Source of the DNA: Eubacteriales bacterium
Lineage (GTDB): Bacteria > Bacillota > Clostridia > Oscillospirales > Oscillospiraceae
Length of the DNA: 64,000 nt
Direction: 5' to 3'
Assembly (NCBI GenBank): GCA_030531505.1
Contig: JAUNNH010000004.1
Location: forward strand, 71,584-135,583
The notes below the pieces were generated by a model. It saw nothing but the letters and a program-made list of their open reading frames with translations, searched no databases and was not told the origin of the DNA. This document shows positions 55,652 to 62,449 of this stretch, piece after piece (the first letter of the stretch is position 1; every line of letters begins with the position of its first letter). The translations under genes were made by a program, and so were the position numbers.

Positions 55652-57742
55652 ATGCCTAACGACAAGTTTTCTATAGTCGGAACCAACATCGCTGAGAAGG
55701 CCACGATGATCTGGAACGTGGCGGATATGCTGCGCGGGCCGTTCAAGCCCCATGAGTACGGCCTTGTGATCCTGCCCATGACGGTGGTCAAGCGCTTTCA
55801 CGACTGCCTGCTGCCCACCCACGACGCGGTGTTGGCAGAGTACGAGAAGGTCAAGCACTTCGCCGTGAAGGACGGCTTTCTCACCAAGGCAAGCGGCTAT
55901 CAGTTTTACAACATCAGCAAGTTCACCTTTGACTCCCTGCTCACCGACCCGGAGAACATCGAGGCAAACTTCCGGGACTATCTGGCGGGCTTCTCCGCCA
56001 ACGTGCAGGACGTGTTGGCGAAGTTTGATTTCGACACCGTCATCCGCCGCATGGTGGAGAGCAACACCCTGTACCTGGTGATCCGGGAGTTCAATTCCCC
56101 CAAGGGCTACCTGGGCCCGGACCGGATCACAGCGGTGGACTGCGGCTATATCTTCGAGGATCTGGTGCGCCGCTTTTCCGAGTCCTTCGGTGAGGAAGCG
56201 GGAGCCCACTTCACCAGCCGGGACGTGGTGTATCTCATGACCGACCTGCTGCTGAGCGACGCGGATCTGAGCCGCGGCGGCAACGTGACTGTGTACGACA
56301 TGGCCATGGGCACCAGCCAGATGCTCTCCTGCATGGAGGAGCGCATCCATGAGCTGAACGCGGAGATCGGCGTCACCTGCTTCGGGCAGGAGTTCAACCC
56401 CTCCACCTTCGCCATTGCCAAGGCGGACATGATGATCCGCGGCGGCGATCCCAACAACATGCGTTTCGGCGACACCCTGTCCGAGGATCAGTTCTCCGGC
56501 TACACCTTCCAGTACATCATCTCCAACCCGCCCTTCGGCATCGACTGGAAGCGGGAGCAGAAGGCCGTGGAGGCCGAGAACGCCAAGGGTGAGCTGGGCC
56601 GCTTTGCGCCCGGTCTGCCCAAGATCTCCGATGGGCAGCAGCTCTTTGTGCTCAACGGTCTGGCCAAGCTTGCCCACGGCGGCAAGATGGCGATCATTCA
56701 AAACGGCTCGCCCCTGTTCTCCGGCGACGCGGGCAGCGGCCCCAGCGAGATCCGCCGCTACATCCTGGAGAACGACTGGCTGGACGCCATTGTGCAGATG
56801 AGCACCGACATGTTCATGAACACCGGCATCAGTACCTATATCTGGGTGCTGAACAAGGACAAGCCCGCCCACCGCATGGGCAAGGTGCAGCTCATCGACG
56901 CCTCCCACTGCTGTGAGGCGCGGCGCAAGTCCATCGGCACCAAGCGCAACGACGTCACCGACTTCTGCCGGGAACTGATCGTCCGGGCCTACGGGGAATT
57001 CAAGGACGACGCCATCTACGGCGACAAGGCGGGCGTCTACTGCCAGAGCAAGATCTTTGACAACGAGACCTTCGGCTACCGCAAGATCACCGTGGAGCGG
57101 CCGCTGCGACAAGCTGCTTTTATCAACGATGAAACACTCGATCTGACGAAATCCTTCTTGCGGCAACACCAGGTCGATGTTGATTCCAACATCATTGATT
57201 TGGGCGGCCAGATAACTGAGCGGGAAGTAACTATGCCACGTACCACGGGTGAAATTGGGGCAGAGCTCAATTTACGTCGGTATTATCAGATCCTTCTTTC
57301 CTTGAAGCGGGAGGAACCATACACAAGCATTTCCGAAGTTGAGAAACTCTTTAATGCGAGACCCTTGAATCCCGGCACGAAGTTGATGCGATTCAGTTCT
57401 TTTAACAGCATATCTTTGCCGGAACTTCTGCTCAAAACAGACCCGCGTGGTGAGATTGTCGCAAAGCGCGGCAAGCCGGTGGCCGACGCCGATCTTCGCG
57501 ACACGGAAAATGTCCCCCTGACGGAGGACGTGGAGAGCTATTTCAAGCGTGAGGTGCTGCCTTACGCGCCCGACGCCTGGATCGACGAGAAGAAGACCAA
57601 GGTCGGCTATGAGATCCCCATGACCCGTTACTTCTACGAGTACCAGGCCCCGGAGAAGACCGAGGACATCATGGCGCGCATCACCGCCCTGGAGCAGGAG
57701 ATATCCGCGAGCCTGCAGGCGCTGTTTCACAAGGAGGGCTGA
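55652..57742 (+). CDS. hsdM: Type I restriction-modification system, methyltransferase subunit
   Basis: The HsdM_N pattern IWNVADMLRG and the catalytic NPPFG (IISNPPFGIDW) are present. Confidence 0.95.
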   Translation: MPNDKFSIVGTNIAEKATMIWNVADMLRGPFKPHEYGLVILPMTVVKRFHDCLLPTHDAVLAEYEKVKHFAVKDGFLTKASGYQFYNISKFTFDSLLTDPENIEANFRDYLAGFSANVQDVLAKFDFDTVIRRMVESNTLYLVIREFNSPKGYLGPDRITAVDCGYIFEDLVRRFSESFGEEAGAHFTSRDVVYLMTDLLLSDADLSRGGNVTVYDMAMGTSQMLSCMEERIHELNAEIGVTCFGQEFNPSTFAIAKADMMIRGGDPNNMRFGDTLSEDQFSGYTFQYIISNPPFGIDWKREQKAVEAENAKGELGRFAPGLPKISDGQQLFVLNGLAKLAHGGKMAIIQNGSPLFSGDAGSGPSEIRRYILENDWLDAIVQMSTDMFMNTGISTYIWVLNKDKPAHRMGKVQLIDASHCCEARRKSIGTKRNDVTDFCRELIVRAYGEFKDDAIYGDKAGVYCQSKIFDNETFGYRKITVERPLRQAAFINDETLDLTKSFLRQHQVDVDSNIIDLGGQITEREVTMPRTTGEIGAELNLRRYYQILLSLKREEPYTSISEVEKLFNARPLNPGTKLMRFSSFNSISLPELLLKTDPRGEIVAKRGKPVADADLRDTENVPLTEDVESYFKREVLPYAPDAWIDEKKTKVGYEIPMTRYFYEYQAPEKTEDIMARITALEQEISASLQALFHKEG

Positions 57743-57745
57743 AAA

Positions 57746-58663
57746 ATGAAATCTGGAGATTTAAAACGAAAATCAGGTATGGTTCGTGTGTTGGGCGGCT
57801 TTAGTGAACAGCAGAACATAAAAAAACACCATCCTATTCTGCAAGTAGATGATATTGATGACGGAAGTCGAATCCAAATAAGTAATGAATTATATAAACT
57901 GTTAGGTATAGTTTTTGGAAATAGAGCTGGGTACTTTTTCGGTCCGAATTTCAGCTATAATTTGACTGACATTCTTTGCAAAGATATGCTTAATGATGTC
58001 TTCTGTGAGCGAAATGCCATTGCACCGGGCTATCAATATGATTGGCAAAAAATGTTTGAAAAAATCCACGACACAATTATGCAGGCAACATATAATGAGG
58101 TGTTTGATTTAATACAGTATGTTTGTTTATGGGTTGAATCAAGACTCTTTAGAGAAAAGGGCGAAATGTTTAAGTCTTTAAATGCGATCTTTCAGAAAGA
58201 GAACATTGGCTATCGTTTCGTGGCTGGGAGAATAACGCCTATTACTGATAATCAAGAAATGTTATCAATAGAGGAGGCCTGTCGGTCTCCAATTGAGGGA
58301 GGCCGTAAACAGATTCAGAAGGCGGTTGCTTTCCTCTCTGACAGACAAAACCCGGATTACAAAAACTGCATTAAGGAAAGCATCAGCGCTGTTGAATCTA
58401 TTTGTCAAGTAATTGTTGGTGATGAAAAGGCTACATTAGGCGACGCCCTAAAGCAACTAGAAAAGAGAGGTCTTTCTATTCATCCTTGCTTAAAGACTGC
58501 GTTTTCAAAACTCTATGGATATACTACCGATCAAGGTGGGATTCGCCATGCAGAAGGAATGTTTGAAAGTAACGTTACCTTTGAAGAGGCTAAGTTCATG
58601 CTTGTTAGCTGCAGCGCATTTATTAACTATTTGATTGCCGAATATGGCAAAAGAGGTAACTGA
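57746..58663 (+). CDS. AbiJ-NTD4-like / HEPN-like protein inserted between hsdM and hsdS
   Basis: There are 3-nt gaps on both sides. The N-terminus FSEQQNIKKHHPILQVDDIDDGSRIQISNELYKLL and the C-terminus LYGYTTDQGGIRHAEG...EEAKFMLVSCSAFINYL match a pattern I recall from AbiJ N-terminal-domain-4 proteins. The gene is AT-rich. Confidence 0.5.
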   Translation: MKSGDLKRKSGMVRVLGGFSEQQNIKKHHPILQVDDIDDGSRIQISNELYKLLGIVFGNRAGYFFGPNFSYNLTDILCKDMLNDVFCERNAIAPGYQYDWQKMFEKIHDTIMQATYNEVFDLIQYVCLWVESRLFREKGEMFKSLNAIFQKENIGYRFVAGRITPITDNQEMLSIEEACRSPIEGGRKQIQKAVAFLSDRQNPDYKNCIKESISAVESICQVIVGDEKATLGDALKQLEKRGLSIHPCLKTAFSKLYGYTTDQGGIRHAEGMFESNVTFEEAKFMLVSCSAFINYLIAEYGKRGN

Positions 58664-58665
58664 CC

Positions 58666-59970
58666 ATGGCGCGAGCGATGAAGGACTCCGGCATTGAGTG
58701 GATCGGAGAGATTCCGGAGGGGTGGGGAACAAACACAGCCTTTCAGATTTTCACACAAGTCAAAAACAAAAATGAAGGACTGAAAGAGCAGAACCTTCTT
58801 TCTCTCAGCTATGGCAAGATCAAGAGGAAAAGCATTGAGACAGTAGGCGGACTTCTCCCTGAAAACTTTGACGGGTATAACATCATTGAAGCCGATGATA
58901 TAGTGCTCAGGCTTACGGATTTGCAGAACGATCAGAAAAGCCTTCGCGTTGGCATTTCTCCGGAAAGAGGTATCGTCACCTCGGCGTACTTAACTCTACG
59001 GAATCGCAGCACATCCCTTCCCGAATACCTGTACTACTATCTGCATGCTTTCGATATTTCAAAAGGTTTTTACGGTATGGGCGCGGGGGTTCGGCAAGGG
59101 TTGAACTGGGATGGCTTGAAATGGCTAAAGATTCTGACTCCGCCAGTGCCAGAACAAGAAAAGATCGTGAGTTTTCTTGATGCCGAGTGCGCCCGGATCG
59201 ACGCGGTGATCGAGCAGACCCGCGCGTCCATTGAGGAATACAAGAAGCTGAAGCAGTCCGTCATCACCCAGGCCGTCACCAAAGGCATCCGCCCCGGGCG
59301 GAAAATGAAAGACAGCGGGGTGGAATGGATTGGGGTAGTACCAGAAGAGTGGGCGATTATTCGACTTCAACATATCGCTGCTGCCATAGAAAGTGGAACG
59401 AGCGTAAATGCTGGACAAGCAGCTGCTTCTGTTGGAGAACTCGGCGTATTAAAGACGAGTTGTGTGAGCAGATTTGTTTTTCTTCCAGAAGAAAATAAAA
59501 GCGTGAACAAGGATGAAGAAAACAGGGTTTCCTGTCCTGTGAGGAAGAACACAATTATTGTAAGCAGAATGAATACACCTGAGCTTGTTGGCGCCTGTGG
59601 ATATGTCAGTCAAGATTATGATAATTTGTTTTTGCCAGACAGATTATGGCAAGTTCATTTCAAGCCAAATACCAATGTAAAATACATTTATTATTGGCTC
59701 AGAAGCGCATGTGTTAGAAATTACTATTCTTCTCTCGCAGTTGGAACGAGCAGTTCTATGCAGAACATATCGCAGGATCAGTTCTATCATGCGTGCTGTC
59801 CATTTCCAGCAGCAGAGGAACAAAAAGAAATCGTTGCATTTCTCGATGAAAAGTGCAATTCAATTGACTTCCTGATTGATATGAAATCAAAGTTCTTAGC
59901 TGAACTGGAATCCTACAAAAAGTCCCTGATCTTTGAATATGTGACTGGGAAAAAGGAGGTTCCGAAATAA
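58666..59970 (+). CDS. hsdS: Type I R-M specificity subunit
   Basis: It has two TRDs separated by the conserved repeats PPVPEQEKIVSFLDAECARID and PFPAAEEQKEIVAFLDEKCNSID, and a duplicated MKDSG(I/V)EWIG motif. Confidence 0.92.
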   Translation: MARAMKDSGIEWIGEIPEGWGTNTAFQIFTQVKNKNEGLKEQNLLSLSYGKIKRKSIETVGGLLPENFDGYNIIEADDIVLRLTDLQNDQKSLRVGISPERGIVTSAYLTLRNRSTSLPEYLYYYLHAFDISKGFYGMGAGVRQGLNWDGLKWLKILTPPVPEQEKIVSFLDAECARIDAVIEQTRASIEEYKKLKQSVITQAVTKGIRPGRKMKDSGVEWIGVVPEEWAIIRLQHIAAAIESGTSVNAGQAAASVGELGVLKTSCVSRFVFLPEENKSVNKDEENRVSCPVRKNTIIVSRMNTPELVGACGYVSQDYDNLFLPDRLWQVHFKPNTNVKYIYYWLRSACVRNYYSSLAVGTSSSMQNISQDQFYHACCPFPAAEEQKEIVAFLDEKCNSIDFLIDMKSKFLAELESYKKSLIFEYVTGKKEVPK

Positions 59971-60039
59971 TCAGCAGCAAATACTATGAGGGTGTCCTTT
60001 TTGTTATTTTTTTCATACGTACATTGATAGGAGGCCAAG

Positions 60040-61515
60040 ATGCAAATTACGAGCATTCCGATTGTGGATTATTTACGCTATTGTATGAACGCAGCTCGGA
60101 GCAAGGGCTTTTTTTGGGTAATGGTCCTGCTCTCAAGAGAACGTGATAATCCAAGAGGATTTGACGATATCGCACGTTACTGGGATTCTTACGGTGATCT
60201 GACAGGTGAGAAAATACTCTTTGTCATGTCGGCAAGAAACGATCCGCAGACCAATTATAACCATCATCTTGAACACTCGGATTGTCGCTACAAGCGGCTT
60301 GGCAATACAAGCTTTATGATTGTAAACGAAACACATCCCCCTGTCTTGAGATGGAATTATCCTAATGAAACTCAACTAAAGCAACTGGAAGAGCAAGCAA
60401 TATACAATACGTCATCACAGGTATCGTCATTGCTTAAAATGTATAGACTTTCCGAAGCGGACGTTCCGGCTATTCTGCTGATTCCTACGGGAGGCGAGGA
60501 TCCAAACCCAATCGTTCTTCGTCACGAAATGGATATCTATGGTTGCATAAAATCATTCATTGAATATATTGAGCCTTCTTTTAGGGCTTTTGACGACTGT
60601 CAAGCCCAACTATATGCAAAGCGACGCGAAAAGGAAAAACTTGATAAAGAGTTAAGGCAGTGCGTGGTTAGTAAAGGTGTAAGAAAATATATAGAAGCCA
60701 AAGACTATATCAATCAGGCCATGCTGGAAATGGATTCGGATACTCGTAATGCTGTAAAGACTGCTATAGAGACAAAAGACTTGAGTATTTGCGCCAAGTT
60801 TTCTCAGCCGTTGCGTGGGATCTTGAACCGAATTATTGACATTCAAGTGCATAGCCCGAAGATTATGCAAGGCATTGAGAATGCTCCGCTCATTGTCAAA
60901 AAAATACAACAGCTTGATAAGGAGAAGAAGCAACTTGAGAAGCAAATCAACGAAACAGGAAAGCAGCTTAATCGACTGCGTATTGATACATATAAATCTG
61001 CAAGAGCGTTTAGCCAACAGAGAACGTATATGGAGGAGAAAACAATGTCTCAAGTAAACAACAAGCATTTTAAAATAGCATTCACTTTTTCCGGCAAGTA
61101 TAGAGGCAGTATTGTTGAACCGGTATGTAACGAGCTACTCAGTCGTGGCTCTTCAAAAGACGATATCTTTTTTGATGAATGGCATTCTGCCCTCATCAAC
61201 GGAATCAATGGAAGTGAGAAGCTAAAGTCTATTTATTTCCAGCAAAGCGACTGTGTTGTTGTTCTTCTATCCCCGGATTATAAAGAGAGAAACTGGACTG
61301 GAAATATTGAATGGCGCGCTGTCAAAGAGTTAATCAACACAGGAAAGGGAAACCGGATTTGTCTATTGGGAATTGATGGAGTAGATGTTGCGAATATAGA
61401 TGGTTTATACAAATATCAAGATTTATATAAGCGGATCGACAATATGATGCCATGCGAAATCGCCGATTTTCTTGAAGAGTACTGTAGAGAGAATAACTTA
61501 TACCTAAATAAATAA
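60040..61515 (+). CDS. TIR-domain protein with unknown N-terminal domain and coiled coil
   Basis: The C-terminal approx. 150 aa read KIAFTFSGKYR...IFFDEW...SDCVVVLLSPDYKERNWTGNIEWRAV, fitting the bacterial TIR/ThsB-like pattern (beta-A FxxS, catalytic Glu after W). The gene is strongly AT-rich. Confidence 0.62.
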   Translation: MQITSIPIVDYLRYCMNAARSKGFFWVMVLLSRERDNPRGFDDIARYWDSYGDLTGEKILFVMSARNDPQTNYNHHLEHSDCRYKRLGNTSFMIVNETHPPVLRWNYPNETQLKQLEEQAIYNTSSQVSSLLKMYRLSEADVPAILLIPTGGEDPNPIVLRHEMDIYGCIKSFIEYIEPSFRAFDDCQAQLYAKRREKEKLDKELRQCVVSKGVRKYIEAKDYINQAMLEMDSDTRNAVKTAIETKDLSICAKFSQPLRGILNRIIDIQVHSPKIMQGIENAPLIVKKIQQLDKEKKQLEKQINETGKQLNRLRIDTYKSARAFSQQRTYMEEKTMSQVNNKHFKIAFTFSGKYRGSIVEPVCNELLSRGSSKDDIFFDEWHSALINGINGSEKLKSIYFQQSDCVVVLLSPDYKERNWTGNIEWRAVKELINTGKGNRICLLGIDGVDVANIDGLYKYQDLYKRIDNMMPCEIADFLEEYCRENNLYLNK

Positions 61516-61536
61516 CATGCAGTAGGAGAAAAAGAG

Positions 61537-61594
61537 TGTTACGGGTAACACCGGAGAACACATTAAAATGGATTTCGCGGACTTCCTGCTGTCG
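61537..61594 (+). pseudogene. orphan, diverged hsdR 5' fragment (no start codon)
   Basis: It translates to VTGNTGEHIKMDFADFLLS, versus ITDTTEKRFEMDIADFLLS at the true hsdR N-terminus (62456-62512). Confidence 0.6.
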
Positions 61595-61600
61595 AGCGCT

Positions 61601-61662
61601 CTCTTGGCTCGCCCCTCGCGGCAGCGTGGGGAGAGCTGGCGCGCCAGCGCCTGAGAGGGGCA
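61601..61662 (+). repeat. left copy of 62-nt direct repeat flanking the DUF559 gene
   Basis: ctcttggctcgcccctcgcgGcagcgtggggagagctggcgcgccagcgcctgagaggggca has one mismatch to 62150-62211. It contains the palindrome gctggcgcgccagc. Confidence 0.85.
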
Positions 61663-61794
61663 ATACAGCTTTGGACGGGCGGCCCCTCTCCGTCACTTCG
61701 TGACACCTCTCCCCGACGCGGGGAGAGGCAAGAGAATGGCGCGGGGAGAGGCAAGCGTTTGGGGCGTGTCAAAAAAGAAGGAGCATCCAAGGCT

Positions 61795-62145
61795 ATGAAA
61801 AATAATGATCTCATGCTTGCCCGTGCGAGGGAGCTTCGGCGGGAAATGACGCCGCACGAGAGGAAGCTCTGGTATATGTTCCTTCGAAAGCACCCTGTAA
61901 AGTTCTATAAACAGAAAATCATCGAACGGTACATCGTGGACTTTTACTGTGCGCCCGCAAAGCTTGTCATTGAGCTGGACGGTTCGCAGCATTATGAAGA
62001 AGCCGGAATAGAAAGCGACAGAATGCGGGACGAACGGCTGAACGAGCTTGGCTTTAAAGTGCTGCGTTTCAGCAACCGGGAAGTCGACCGCGAATTCGAC
62101 GCAGTCTGTGACCTGATAGATCGAACCGTGAAAGAACGTATGTAA
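61795..62145 (+). CDS. DUF559 (Vsr-like endonuclease fold) protein
   Basis: ARELRREMTPHERKLWYMFLRKHPVKFYKQKIIERYIVDFYCAPAKLVIELDGSQH...FKVLRFSNREV is the canonical DUF559 sequence. Confidence 0.85.
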   Translation: MKNNDLMLARARELRREMTPHERKLWYMFLRKHPVKFYKQKIIERYIVDFYCAPAKLVIELDGSQHYEEAGIESDRMRDERLNELGFKVLRFSNREVDREFDAVCDLIDRTVKERM

Positions 62146-62149
62146 CCGC

Positions 62150-62211
62150 CTCTTGGCTCGCCCCTCGCGACAGCGTGGGGAGAGCTGGCGCGCCAGCGCC
62201 TGAGAGGGGCA
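62150..62211 (+). repeat. right copy of 62-nt direct repeat flanking the DUF559 gene
   Basis: See 61601-61662. Further shared blocks are gcggcccctctccgtcac and gcgcggggagaggcaag. Confidence 0.85.
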
Positions 62212-62255
62212 GTGCGGCGTTGAACATGCGGCCCCTCTCCGTCACCCTCCTCCGT

Positions 62256-62303
62256 CCCCCCCCCCCCGCACCACCCGGCCCCCCACCCCCCCCCCGGGGG
62301 GGG
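62256..62303. repeat. homopolymer cluster C11 ... C6 ... C10G9
   Basis: The runs are read directly at 62256-62266, 62278-62283, 62285-62294 and 62295-62303. Extra G7 runs are at 62319-62325 and 62368-62374. Confidence 0.9.
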
Positions 62304-62449
62304 GCCTCACAAAACGCCCGGGGGGGAGATGCAAGAATATAGCGCGGGGAGAGGCAAGAGAGCGACGCGGGGGGGAGCATAACTCCGGAAATGGCAAGAG
62401 AGCAATACAGAAAGAGCTAAGAAACAGAAACCAATGAGGAGGCGCCACC

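Noticed and set aside
57100-57450. An AT-richer segment inside hsdM, considered as a possible inserted domain or intein-like element.
   Set aside because: The reading frame is continuous. As far as I recall, this HsdM subfamily normally carries a variable helical region before the conserved C-terminal (DTENVPL...YFEREV-like) block, so there is not enough evidence for an insertion.
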